DNA of 64,000 nucleotides from Octopus vulgaris (GCA_951406725.2 OX597816.1:19592001-19656000); one strand, 5' to 3'; positions 41,286-54,990 are shown, numbered from the stretch's first letter. Program-made: numbers and translations. The notes: generated by a model not told the origin, from the letters alone.

Positions 41286-42129
41286 ACATCATCATACAAC
41301 CTAAAAGCGGTCATTTGCTTATTTTAGTTATTTCTCTTTGCTCATGTTTTAAATAAAGAAATAGATACACTTTCAGTTATTTAATGGAATTTTTAATTGC
41401 TATCTTATTTCTGTCAGAGATATTTACAACGGAAATAGAGATCGAAATGGTTTCATTTACATCCTGTTTCCTGTTATATATTACCTTTTCTCTCTATGAT
41501 TTTGTCGCTCTTAATTTATTTCATCATGATCGTATTCATCATCACCATTGTCGTCGTCATCTTGTTCACCAACATCATCATTCCTTCTGTAGCACTATCT
41601 CTTCCCACTCCTCATTTTCATCATCACTACTATCATCATCATCATCATCCTCATTGTTGTAGTCTTCTTTTCCATTATATGTTTTTTGTTTGTAAATTTT
41701 ATTTTCTTATCAATTTAAATACAACCAATATTTTCATTTTTTTTTTTGATGAAAATATATAATTTCCGTATCGTTCTCACCATCCATCCTTTTCACCTTC
41801 CATCACCATTATTATCAAAAAAAGTTTTTTTTTCACATCCTTCATATTCATTTCCATTTTCCTTATCCTATCCTCCTCCTCACTACATCACCCCTCCCCT
41901 ATACAATATCTACTTTTTCTCCTTATTATCATGATCTTTACCTGCGTCCTCTTCATCCTCATTTATTCGTAGTCAGCATCATTATCACCCATCATGCGTT
42001 TTCGCTTCTTAAAGTTTGTTTAGCCACTTCTGATTAACCAAAACTATGATTTATACGATTCAAAAAGATTCATCGTTACCCTTAATAAAATTTGTCACCA
42101 TTTATTGTGGTGGTAGATTATTTGAGAGT

Positions 42130-42617
42130 GGAGGCGCGTAGCTTAGTGGTTATGGTGTCAGCATCATGATCGTAAGATTGTGGTTTCAATTCTTGGACCG
42201 GGCGACGCATTGCATTCTTGGGCAAAACACTTCATTTCACGTTGCGCCAATCTACTCAGCTGGCAAAAATAAATAACGCTGCGATGGACTGGCGTCCCAA
42301 CCACCTGGGGAACACATATGCCATAGAAACCGGGAAACCGGTCCATGAGCCTGGCTAGGCTTTAAAAGAGTACATTCATTTGTGGAGGCACGTGGCTTAG
42401 TGGTTAGGGTGTCAGCACCAGGATCATAAGATTCTGGTTTCGATTCCTGGACCGGGCGACGCATTTTGTTCTTGAGTAAAACACTTCATTTCACGTTGCT
42501 TTATTCCACTCAGCTGGCAAAAATGAGTAACGCTGCGATGGACTGGCGTCCCGTTTAGCTGGGGAAAACATACGCCAGAGAAATCGGGAAAATGGCTAGA
42601 CTTTAAAAGGGCGCTTA
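42130..42617 (+). mobile_element. Two tandem SINEs with type-D head
   Basis: ggaggc.cgt.gcttagtggtta.ggtgtcagca units at 42130 and 42384, with gcgatggactggcgtcc body. Confidence 0.85.
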
Positions 42618-43417
42618 TATTTTTATTTTTCATATTATTTGAGAGAGACTTGGCTACCGACTTTTGAAAGCTTTATACAGTCTCATTTCAGCATCAGCCC
42701 AATAACAACGCAAGATATATATATATAAAACGTAACGGTTTAAGTTGTATAAAGAAGAGTAACTACTGCATTACAGATTAGAATTCGGATAAGAGACTCA
42801 TAAACCAAGAAACTATTCCAATCGACTTCGTTTCAATTTTACATGTAGAGATGAAAATCTAATATACAAAAAAAAAATAAGAATGATCTTTATTTTTCAC
42901 AAGATTATAATATAGCATGCTGCTGACATAAAATTTACGAGCGTTAAGCAATACTGGAGCACTGCCTTTAACGCGAAGAAATCGATCCCAGGACTTATTC
43001 TTTGTAATCTTGGTACTTATATATACACACACAGACACACTTGCACGCATACATACACATATACGCTATATACACATACATATATACGTTCATATGTACA
43101 AACACTCACACATATTTATAAGTTTAAATTAATTAAATAATTTGTTAATTTTTAACTTTTATATTTTTAAATTAATTTTATGTATTGCCTTATGTTTTTC
43201 ACTTTGATTTGCCTAATAGTGGTTTTATCTCTAATTTAATATAATATAATATAATATATTTATACTATAAAATTGGATTTAATCCTAAATCTCAGTTTTC
43301 CCTATAAGTTTGTATTTATTCCCTAATATTATTATTATATTTATATATATATTTATATATATACATACGCATATATATATTTGAATATATCTCTAAGTAT
43401 ATGTATACATTTGTATG

Positions 43418-43448
<31 letters not shown>

Positions 43449-43469
43449 GCATATATGCATATATATCTA

Positions 43470-43504
<35 letters not shown>

Positions 43505-43535
43505 GTATATATGATTGATTGATTGATTGATTGAT

Positions 43536-45773
43536 TCTAGTTTCAGCTTATGAGCTGTGGCCATGCTGGGGCACCGCCATTTGGTGTTGCTACTTGGTTT
43601 CACTTCACGAAAGCTTTCTAGCAACTGCCATTTGGTGCATGAGAGAGTTCGATGCAGCTGCCCTCATCTGCCCCTCCTGCCGTGAAGTTGGTTCATCTGG
43701 GACACCTGACAGGAAGAGATCCAGCTTCATTTTAAAGACATCTACGTCCACCCCATGCAGGTCTCTCAGGTTCTTCGGGAGGATATTGAAGAGCTGTGGG
43801 CCTCGGAAGCCCAGGTTATCACAGAATCTTGTCCTACATCTTGATGGCAAGTTTGGAGTCCTAGGCACCACGCAGTGGCGCCCTGTTCTGGCATTTGCGT
43901 AACTCTCGATGCCAAAGTTCAGGACACGTCCCTCCAGGATCTTCCAGATGTATATTATGGCATATCTTTCCCGCCTACGCTCCAGGGAATATAGTTTTAA
44001 TCTCTTGAGTCTTTCCCAGTAGCTTACATTCTGCATAGAGGCTACGTTGGATCGCCTCGAGCTCTGTGATCAACTTGACACTGGATGGTGACCATAACTG
44101 AGAGCAGTAGTCAAAGTGGCTTAGGACAAGTGTCCTCCAGAGGACCATCATGGTTTCTTGTTCTCTTGTTCTAAAGGTTCTGAGGATCCATCCGGCCAGT
44201 CGTCTACATTTCATTGCCAATTTAGCAACATGTACACGAAAGGTCGCGTCATCACTCATGTAAATACCTAGGTCACGCACTGATTGTGCCTCTGGGATTG
44301 CTATCCCTCCGGGTCCAGTGTATTCATTGGGTATTGCATTTAGTTTTGCATGCTGATAGTATAGAGCTTGAAACTTTTCAGCATTGAACTGCATGCTATT
44401 CTTTTCAGCCCACTTGTATATTTTGTCCTGCTCACATTGCAGGTGTTTAGTGTCCTCAGGGTTCTGTATTGCCTGTGAAACTTTTGTATCATCTGCATAA
44501 CTTGTGATCGTGGCTCTCTGCGTGGCTGAGGGCATGTCTGAGAGGGCCATTATGAACAGTAGTGGTCCCAGAACAGTGCCCTGCGGAACACCGCTCACTA
44601 TTTGCGTGTTAATGGAAGTGGCCCCATTGGCTACTACCACCTGACTTCTATCTTTCAGAAAGTCATGAAGCCATTCTCCCAGTTTTCCAACTATGTTGAG
44701 ATCACGCAGTTTGTGACATATCATTCCATGATCGACTTTATCAAAGGCCTTTGCAAAGTCGAGATATATCACTTCCACATTTGAGTGGTTGAGCAGCCGT
44801 TTCAGCACCCAGTCATAGTGTTGTAGGAGCTGAGTTAAATAGCTTCTGCCTGGTCGGAAACCATGTTGGGTGTCGGGCAGCAAGTCATTCTCTTCAAGGA
44901 AGGTGATCAGCTTCCTTCTGACTATTCGTTCCATGACCTTGCTGATGTGTGAGGTCAGAGAGATAGGTCTGTAGTTCTTGGCTTCCGCTCTGCTACCTCT
45001 TTTATGAATAGGGCATATTTTACCTTCCTTCAGTTTTCTTGGAAGTTTGCCAGCTGCAAGGAAGCTCTGAAAGAGGAACTGCAGTGGTCTTGCTAGGACT
45101 CTCTTACATGCTTTTAGGAGGATTGCCGGGAATCCATCGGGGCCAGTAGCTGAGTCTGTTTTCATTTCATCTATAGACTTGATTACATCGTCTTCCTTTA
45201 TATCGATGTAATCTATCGTCGCCGCCTCTGATTTTATATCTGCAGTGGTAAAAAAGTCAGTTGGATTGGTGATTTGGAGATGCCCAAGGGGTGGAGTGAA
45301 AACACTCTTGAATTGCTCATTCAGTATTTCACTTACCCTCATTGGTTTTCCTGTAAGTGTGCCATCCTTTTCGAGGAGTGGCCCTATTCTACAGTGCACC
45401 GTAGCTGTTTCTTTGGCATACCTGTAGAAAGCTCTGGGGTTAGATTTTATATTGTCTATAGCCCAGGCTTCTTTGTCTGCTCTTTCTTTTTCATGGGAGA
45501 GTTGCAGACATTTTTCGATTTCCAACAGTTTTATTTTTAGGCGGAACTTTTCACTGCTTTCAATCTGTTTGTTTAGGCGATTTGAAAATTTTGTACGCTG
45601 TCTCATTAAAATTTTCCTCTCTCTGGGGATTTTGTTCTTGTGTACAGTGGCCTTTCTCTCTGGGACACATTTGTAGCATATGGCTTGCATTACAGACATG
45701 AATTGTTGAAGTTTCACGTCGATGTCTGGCGAGGAGAGACATTTAGGCCAGTTTTGTTTGAGGATCTCTTTGT
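43536..45773 (-). mobile_element. CR1-clade non-LTR retrotransposon, 5'-truncated, with (AATC)n tail at 43512-43535
   Basis: RT ORF, 3' UTR and tetranucleotide tail; the APE endonuclease domain is absent (truncation). Confidence 0.92.
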
Positions 45774-45876
45774 AGCCGTTGTTCTTCAGCGCAGCCGCAA
45801 TCACCTCGCTAGGGCTATCTCCGTCGGCGCACTTCCAGGCTCGTACGAATAAATCTAGTTCGTCAGGTCTCCACAC
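43605..45876 (-). pseudogene. ORF2 reverse transcriptase, CR1 clade, one frameshift near 44036
   Basis: Motifs NYRPISLTS, QHGFRPGRS, YLDFAKAFDKVDH, SGVPQGTVLGPLLF, YADDTK, then SYWERLKRLKLYSLERRRER in a second frame. Confidence 0.92.
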
Positions 45877-45881
45877 ACATA

Positions 45882-45944
<63 letters not shown>

Positions 45945-46209
45945 TTATGTGTGTGTGTGTTTATGAATGTGACTTGTTACTCGTGCCTGATACTATTCAT
46001 ATGTAATCTAGTACAGCTTGCCGCATTGTCGGATTCCTCGGCAACTAAACTTGTTTAGTGAGGAAGTTTATTGAATGCCTTAAAGATGAAAAACGAAACC
46101 TGTTAATAGGGCGAATGAATTATTTAAAATCTATGGTCATGCAATGCTGTATTCACAATCTGCTATTTCTCAAACACAGCAGTATTTCCAGCAGCAGTCA
46201 TCGACAATA

Positions 46210-46615
46210 GGAGTGGCTGTGTGGTAAGTAGCTTGCTTACGGACCACATGGCTCCGGGTTCAGTCCCACTGCGTGACACCTTGGGCAAGTGTCTTCTGCT
46301 ATAGCCTCGGGCCGACCAAAGCCTTGTGAGTGGATTTGGTTGACAGAAACTGAAAGAAGCCCGTCGTAGTTATGTATATATATATATATATATATATATG
46401 CTTGTGTGTGTGTGTCTATGTTTGTCCCCCCAACATCTCTTGACAACCGATGCTGCTGTGCTTAGGTCCTCGTAACTTAGCGGTTCGGCAAAAGAGAAGA
46501 TAGAATAAATACTAGGCTTACAAAGAATAAGTCCTGGTGGGGTCGATTTGCTCGACTAAAGGCGGTGCTCCAGCATGGCTACAGTCAAATGATTGAAACA
46601 AGTAAAAGAGTAAAA
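46210..46615 (+). mobile_element. SINE family B, full length
   Basis: ggagtggctgtgtggtaag head through the gactgaaacaagtaaaagag-type tail. Confidence 0.92.
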
Positions 46616-47176
46616 TAATCTATTGATTTGTGCCGAAAACATAGTGGTTGCGCAGAGAAATGACACGTTTTTAAATAAAGGGACAGAGACAAGTTCACTT
46701 AACAGAGGACTTTGAATATGAGAATGTAGCCATGGTGTACCTCATTACTAGGAGTGACTAACTCCTGATCCTTGTTCGGACTTCACCAAAGAACGGCGAA
46801 TCTCTGATGTAAAATCAGCGACTCAATGATAGCAAATTATATCAAATAATTCTTCATTTTGGAGTATCTGACATCGTGATTTAGAAAGTGGGCTTGGCTA
46901 TGTACAGCACCTCTCCTTACAATCCACCTCATAATATGCAGGTGTCATTGGACGTACCTGCATCATCATCTTATCGTCAACAACGAGCATTCGGCCATCT
47001 TGTAAGCATGTATGAACAAGTGTGGCCCTGCGATTAGATGCTGCCGAACTGCACAGTGGGGCTCATTGGAAAAATGTCTTGAACACCAAGCCCAGGGTCG
47101 ACCACAGCCTTGTGAGTGGATTTATTTGACGGAAGGAGTAACAAACCCGTCGTATATATATATAACTATGAACATG

Positions 47177-47199
<23 letters not shown>

Positions 47200-47207
<8 letters not shown>

Positions 47208-47531
47208 ATTAGGGCTTAGTAAAATAAATTACTTTGCCACATACTGAACTTATTAGAAATAGCAGCCAGAAAAATTTTTTTAGCCATTTCTACTACTTAA
47301 ATAACATTTCTCTCAGATAATGTTTACTCCAGACAGCTCACGAAGGTTTGGAGGTAAATATAGATTTTCTGTATTTACCTCCAAACCTTCGCGAGCTGTC
47401 TGGAGTAAACATTATCTGAGAGAAATTTTCTTTAAGCAGTAGAAATGGCTAAAAAATTTTTCTGGCTGCTATTTCTACCAAGTTCAGTATGTGGCAAAGT
47501 AATTTATTTTACTAAGCCCTAATTATATAAT
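47200..47531. repeat. 332-bp near-perfect palindrome (foldback)
   Basis: Arms of about 164 bp with a 3-nt loop near 47366, a few mismatches and one 1-nt indel. Confidence 0.95.
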
Positions 47532-47615
47532 GTAATATTTTGAATTCGCCTTAAATGGTCCTTTTACATACTGAACACTTGGTGACATTGATTAATTAAT
47601 TTTACCCTCAATTGT

Positions 47616-47702
<87 letters not shown>

Positions 47703-48059
47703 TTTATATATATATATATATACATATATTTATATATATTTTATATATATATATATATATATACATATATTTATATATATTTATATATGTATATATATAT
47801 ATATACATACATATATTTATATATATTTATATATGTATATATATATATATAAATAATATATATATACATATATGCATACCCTCATGCACACATAAATATA
47901 TATAAATATATATATATATATAACAACTTAAATGTTGAAGTGAATCGAACGGCTTTTGTGTGTTTCTTAAATGGCTTATAAACACCTTCCACGCTGCAAT
48001 TGTTTTCGTTTCAGCACACGATCTCAGATCAAATTACTTGCTATGCGAGTACATCTCCC

Positions 48060-48107
<48 letters not shown>

Positions 48108-48149
48108 CAGATTAATATGATACTTATGTTGAGGCACCAGAATTCAGTA

Positions 48150-49250
48150 CAGTACTAACCATACTATCTTCATGAAATTAAGGAGATAGACAAAGAAAAT
48201 GTTCCTACAACAGCATAGTCGTAACTAAAATTTTCAAGGAGGCACTGCCTGTCACTGAGGTTTTGGTTTTTTATGGGGTCAGTTTTAATTTATAGACTAA
48301 TTTATCAAGTCTCTTGTGTATTTAAGGCTGAGAGAAACAGAGGGTAGTATTTTTTTGGGGTATGTTTGATCGAGTAGACAGGCATTCTAGATGGTATAGT
48401 CATAAAAATCAAGATTTATTAGAAGCACTATCATGTTGTTTAGTAAGGGAAAACTTAAAACAAGATGTTAGCTGATAATTAAGAGGTTGTCCAATAGCAG
48501 ACCATTGATAATGAAACAGGGGAAGTCTTATCATGCAGTATTATAGTTAAATACTTTAAAATAATGTTGCTCTATTGTATACAGTTGAAGTTTAAGGTTA
48601 TTCAAAAGATTATTAAGAAAAATATGTTAACAAAAGAATAGAAATTTATGAATACTTTTGAGTATATATGAAACTTTTACCACAATAGAGGGAGGAAAAG
48701 AAGTTATAAAGAAATAGTTCAATATTTATACATATTATAAACTTAACTATTAACTCATCAGATGGTATCTGTGAATATTGATTAACTGATATTTACTCTA
48801 ATTAATAAAGGAATTTTGAGGTAAAAGAACATGCTTATTATATATTGATAACATTTTAATTTAAGCAGTTTTCTTATAAGTAGCGAATATATCAGTATAG
48901 TTTTATATAAGCTAAATATGTATTTATAGAGATACAAAACCTAGAATAATTTTATAAATAAATAAAGGCTAATTATAAAATAATTATTTTCCCTATAACA
49001 TACTTTCAATTTTAAAAAAATGATTTTTATCTTTATTTCATTATCATTATGTTTATATATCCTTATATTTATATGTCCATATATAATTTTACCATTCGTA
49101 TCTTTATATCTCTCATATATCAATATATGTTTCAGCTTGGACAATTCCTATTTTTATCTTAAACTCGTATAGATATGTGTAAACTAAAGTTTGCTTGATT
49201 TGAACTTGCTCTATTGTATCCATTATACTTATCTAACGCTTGTCGTTCGA
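48150..49250 (-). pseudogene. Highly degenerate AT-rich retroelement ORF remnant, possibly Penelope-like
   Basis: Strand-biased Lys/Ile/Asn-rich coding-like stretch next to Penelope-like terminal repeats; no catalytic motif recognised. Confidence 0.3.
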
Positions 49251-49559
49251 CATGAGCGCTTCTCCGCTATGTGTTTCGAAAGAAAAGTATAACTATAGAC
49301 ACACACACATACACACACACACACACACATACAGGGTGCAATGGGTTAATTGTCGCCGTATTATATTTTTGTTTTCACGCATGCGCCTTATATTTTGGCA
49401 TTTTTCTCGACTACATAGTATAGCAGTGTCAGCAGGATACCGTCTGTGAGAAAAACAGCACTATGACGCAGTTCTCTCTGCGAGAAATTTAGAAAACACA
49501 TGCCGTACTGCTTGGCATTCGTGCAGGAAGCACACACATGCGTGCACACACACATATAT

Positions 49560-49742
49560 CTTAAGATCCACAAAGAGTAGAAATTATATGCAGCTATTGG
49601 TGGTCCAAATCGGAGGTGCAATCCATGTGGGTGTCTTTTCAGAACATTGTCTGGTTTAAAAATCTACATCAGATGCCATAATGGAGCTAAGGTGTAGGTC
49701 CGGGACAAGGTCAAACTCTGCATAAGGAGTAGACAACCACCA
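49560..49742 (+). mobile_element. RTE-type LINE 3' end with C2H2-like finger remnant
   Basis: RCNPCGCLFRTLSGLKIYIRCHNGAKV* (49611-49697), short UTR, then microsatellite. Confidence 0.55.
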
Positions 49743-51050
49743 TATATGTGTGTGTGTGTGTGTGTTTGTGTGAGTATGAATGTATGTTTGGTGGTAATGG
49801 CAGTAGTAGTAGTAGTATTAGTAGTAGTAGTAGTACGCCACAGGATAATTTTACGATTATTTTAAAATTCGAAGATGGAATTTACTTTTTTTTGAACCGT
49901 TAGTATCTTGAGACGATGTAAAATTCCTTAGAAGTCGTATTGAAGGTGTAATGTAAAGAACAACTGCTCTGAATGTTTTTACGTTCTTACGTCTTCTAGT
50001 TTGAGTTGGGTGTTCATTTTCAATTCATGTAAAGAATGAAACAGTTTTAGTTATGGAACAAAATGAAAGACATTATCTATAGTATTACTGTTTTAGTAAG
50101 TTTGTAAAGTTTTAATAAATCTTAATACAATGATTTGAAAACAAATATAAAAACACGTTACAATTCACTTATCAGTTTTACATCTGTTCTTCGACATATT
50201 GTAAAGTTTTCACAGAGCATACGAAAGTTTATTCACAACAGTTCAGGAGTTAACTGATAGGTAAAGATTAAAGAACAAAGGATAAAATTAGCTGTTCCCT
50301 TTAGGAAATACATTCTCTTTCTACTGCTCTGTTTCTGTCTCTCGTTCTCTCTGTCTCTCACTTACCCTATCTCTCACCTCTCCTTCTCTGACATCAACCC
50401 CCTCATTATGCCACCATATTTTCCTCAACCAAACATTATCAATTTTTATTGAAAACTCATTAGCCTATAATTAAACTGAATATTAGTTTAACATGAATGA
50501 AATATTTCGTAAAGATTGGTTCGCTGATATAGGCGGCAAGATGGTCACAGACAGACAGAAACTGCTATTTATATATAAGTTATATATATATATATATTCC
50601 ATAGGTGAAAGCGTGGCTGTGTGGTAAGAACTATTTCCTATTCAAATTAAATATCTAAAAATGAATTCGTGGAATATGATGTTGTTTTTTTTTTATCATA
50701 TGCAAATATGTTTCAGGAGCAATATATCATAAGAGTACAGTGATGAATAATTAAAATTAGCTATCTCAGTATGTGTGCTTTATTCGTTAGTTGGACTGAT
50801 TTACATTTAATCTTTCGTCTTCTATGACGCAACGATTATTCAAAGTGCGGCGTCAGTGAATTCAAATGTCAAGTACTTTAATAAATACCTATGTCTTCAT
50901 CATGTACAACCGCAGAGTTTAAACCCAAACACACAACTAAACACACACATACACTCACAAACACACACATGCATATATAATTATGGATGTGCATATGCCT
51001 ATATGTACGTGACTGTAAAGATACCTGATTCTATGTATATGTAGCATTTC

Positions 51051-51771
51051 TGGTGGAATCCAGCGTTACGCAAGACATAACTTTATATTATTTGGAATTT
51101 TCAGAAAAGTTTTACGAATCTATCTTCTACTCATGGGAAATCATACGACTATCTAAAAGCCAAAACGAAAAGAAAAAAAGTGTGATTCAAGGGGTATTTT
51201 AACTGTTATTTCTAGCAAATCAAATGACCACCTCATACCGTCCTCGTTTCTTTGTCACTCTGGGTGATTGATGTTGGAGGAATTACAACCGTGTTTCGTG
51301 GTCTGCTATCACAACAGCTCCTTTATAGGATCCAGTTAGCTCAAGACATCATCAGGAGGAACCACGTCCGGTTTCGGCCCCTACTCCTCTACCGTTTTGA
51401 CGTGGCGGGGCCCCCACTTTCGGAGGTGTCTTCAGCTCTGGTGTTGGGTGCATGTCTTCTTTCTTCTTCTTTCATCTGTTCCCTGGCCTCTTCGATGTCT
51501 TTCTCTCCATAAATACATTTAATGTTCTATTGTTGGAATTAAAGCCAAAAATTCGGACAGTCCTTATTTCAAACTGTGACTTTAAATTAAGTTCAAAACC
51601 AAAAAATATATATCTAGTTTCGAAAACTTAAAACACAATTCTGTTTATGCATAGTTTTATGATTTCCCGTGTATAGAAAATAAATTCGCAAAAATTTTTC
51701 TGAAAATTCTAAAAATAACAAAGATAAGTTCTTAGGGATTATATATGCCGTGCGTAAAGCAGAATTCCTCC
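51051..51771. mobile_element. Long-TIR non-autonomous DNA element related to 12163
   Basis: ggtggaatccagcgttacgca...ggaattttcagaaaagttttacgaat pairs with attcgcaaaaatttttctgaaaattc...tgcgtaaagcagaattcctcc. Confidence 0.7.
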
Positions 51772-52000
51772 GCGTTTCTTATTCTTCCTGTTTCACGAAC
51801 TCACACAGATCTATTCTTTTGTTATAACTCTTCTGCTCTCGGGCATCGCATGGAAATCTATAACACATCTACTTACTTCTTTTCTAGCGGCCGTTCAGGC
51901 GACTAGAAAGTATTTCCTATGTAATATATTTAATCTGAAACTCATGAATATTCATAATTTCTCTGACTTGAACATTATGTAGTATATATGTTCATGAAGA

Positions 52001-52475
52001 GGTGGCGAGCTGGCAGAAACGTTAGCACGTCGGGCGAAATGCGTAGCCGTATTTCGTCTGCCGTTAAGTGTTCTGGGTTCAAATTCCGCCGAGGTCGACT
52101 TTGCCTTTCATCCCTTTCGGGGTCGATAAATTAAGTACCAGTTACGCACTGGGGTCGATGTAATCGACTTAATCCCTTTGTCTGTCCTTGTTTGTCCCCT
52201 CTATGTTTAGCCCCTTGTGGGTAGTAAAGAAATATATATGTTCATGAAGAGGCGGCGAGCTGGCAGAAACGGTAGCACGCCGGGCGAAATTCGTAGCCGT
52301 ATTTCGTCTTCCGCTACGTTCTGAGTTCAAATTCCACCGAGGTCGACTTTACCTTTCATCCGTTCGGGGTCGATAAATTAAATACCAGTTACGCACTGAA
52401 GGTCGATGTAATCGACTTAATCCCTTTGTCAGTCTTCCCCTCTGTGTTTAGCTCCTTGTGGGTAATACTGAAATA
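52001..52475 (+). mobile_element. Two complete SINE A copies in tandem
   Basis: Each has its own head; atatatgttcat(gaaga) occurs before, between and after them. Confidence 0.92.
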
Positions 52476-53231
52476 AATATATATGTTCATACATATTGAT
52501 GTAATATGAATTTAATATTTACCCGTTTCAAATATAATCCCTGGCAAGGATTCGTTCTCCTTTACCTTTTGATTACTTCTGTCACTGTGCCCCAATTGGG
52601 GCACCACATTGAAAGGTGTAAATGCTTTAAAGCTAGAAGCATTAACCCATGTCTTCAACTTTTATTTCTGCATCAAATTTGTAAAGAAAACTGTACTAAT
52701 TTTGTGTTCAATATTTTTGCCTCTTCTCTTTTCTGTCGCATTTTTTTTTCACTTATGTCACAGGATTTCTCTTCCTGACGTGATTTTCCCCACTTCTACG
52801 CACAAACTACGAGAATAACGTAATTTCTCGTTAAAGAAAAATCTCTAAGTACAGCCAACGAACGACTCTGATAATACCACATAATTTTTTTTTTTTTAGC
52901 TAGCAATAACAACAGTATGCAGAAGTCTATATTGTTTGCTTTTGTTTACAAATTTATTCCCATGTTATGGTCTAAGACTGTTTTCCTACTTTCTGTCACG
53001 AGGGAACACTCAGTCAATGCTAACATTGTTTTCTGATGATTAACTTTAAACTTTTGTGTATGTGTGTGTGTTTGCAGCCGTGTATATGTGTGTGTATGTG
53101 TGTTCATGTGTGCATTTGAGTGTTTATATGTGAATGTATGAGTTTCTACTGTTAACGTTGTGTGTTCATATATTTGAGAGGAAACCTATAATAGCATGGT
53201 TTTAAAATTAAGTAACGCATTTCTTTTTTTA

Positions 53232-53550
53232 CTCCGCCGGTTACGACGACGAGGGTCCCAGCTGATACGATCAACGGAACAGCTTGCTCGTGAAATTAAC
53301 GTGCAAATGGCTGAGCATTCCACAGACACGTGTACCCTTAACGTAGTTCTCGGGGATAATCAGCGTGACACAGAGAGTGACAAGGCTGACCCTTTGAAAT
53401 ACAAGTACAACTCATTTTTGCCAGCTGAGTGGACTGGAGCAACGTGAAATAAAGTGTCTTGCTCAAGGACACAACGCGTAGCCGGGAATCGAACTCACAA
53501 CCTTACGATCATGAGCCGAATGCCCTAACCACTAAGCCACGCGCCCTCAC
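53232..53550 (-). mobile_element. SINE with type-D head
   Basis: Reverse complement gggcgcgtggcttagtggttaggg...gagttcgattcccgg; taagtaacgcattt repeated on both sides (TSD-like). Confidence 0.88.
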
Positions 53551-53713
53551 TAAGTAACGCATTTACACACATATCTATTGGCATGTTGAATATGCTTTTA
53601 GATGAATGCATGTATTAGGTTTTCTCTTATTGTGTGAGAAAATATGCCTAAGTACATTAATGTATGAGAGTCTACGTTCTGATAATACAGAGAAGAATAC
53701 ACAAGAATTCAGT

Positions 53714-53755
<42 letters not shown>

Positions 53756-54344
53756 ACAAACTATGGAAGAAGCAGCCACCTTAAGTTGCTATTTTGCAGT
53801 GAATAGAAAACAATTGCTTTGCTTCAAATTTAATTCATTGTGTATGTTTTATATGGTAACATTGAACATTTGTTGTAAAGAAAATATTTAATATTAAATC
53901 AAATACCACAAATGTAAACAATCTTAAAACCACTAGTGTATACAGAAATAAAGAACAATTGTTGAAATAATATTAAATTGTTTTGTATAGGCGTCAATTA
54001 TATTCAACCAGTGTATTCAAACAATCAGCAAGGTACACAAATCTTGGTTCGAATTTCTTCTTGTAATAGAATAAGCAAATAATCGCAAATGGAATTCGTA
54101 CAAATGTGAGCTTGATTGCGGATTGGTGGTTAACAATTTTGTTTTGCATCGCAGCATTTCGGGTTCGGTTCCATCAGTCATCGTCGGGATAAAATGTAGT
54201 AAACCGATAGACTTACGCTTTGCGGGTAAACTCAGTGGGATTAATCTCATACACTCACATACACACATATATAGATACCCATATTTACGTACACACACAT
54301 ATCTACGCACGCAGACATATAGATACACATACATACGCACATCC

Positions 54345-54420
54345 GGAGGCGCAATGGCCCAGTGGTTAAGGTAGCGGACTCGAGGTCATAGGATCGCGGT
54401 TTCGATTCCCAAGTGTGAGT

Positions 54421-54506
<86 letters not shown>

Positions 54507-54690
54507 TGTGTCTCCCCAACATCGGTTGACAACCGATGCGGTGTGTCTACGCCTCCGTCACTAGCGGTTCGCCAAGAGAAATCGATAGTATAAGTACTAG
54601 GCTTATTAACGAATAAGTCCTGGGGTCGATTTGCTCTAATAAAGGCGGTGCTCCTGCATGGCCGCAATGAAATGACTGAAAAAAATAATA
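54345..54690 (+). mobile_element. Type-C head + microsatellite + SINE B tail
   Basis: ggaggcgcaatggcccagtgg head, then (TA)n(TG)n, then the B 3' half. Confidence 0.8.
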
Positions 54691-54906
54691 GAATATGTAC
54701 GTGGCGGGGTTTCTAATGGCTTCATTCTCAAAGATTCAGTCACAAGGCATTGGTCGTTTCTGGGCTACAATAACTGTCAAACGTGTCAGTCGCGGAACAA
54801 CCACCAGATTACAAAATGTGGCTCTTAACTATACAGCTATGTCTATGCCTATACATAAAGTTTACATTTTTTTATGTATTTCTATACGTGCATATAAACA
54901 AACATT

Positions 54907-54944
<38 letters not shown>

Positions 54945-54957
54945 CATACATACAAAC

Positions 54958-54990
<33 letters not shown>

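Noticed and set aside
45845-45870. CTGACGA at the CR1 5' junction
   Set aside because: No downstream GAAA or stems; coincidental.
51285-51360. CTGATGA...CGAAACACGGTT on the minus strand as a hammerhead
   Set aside because: No stem I pairing and only a partial stem II.
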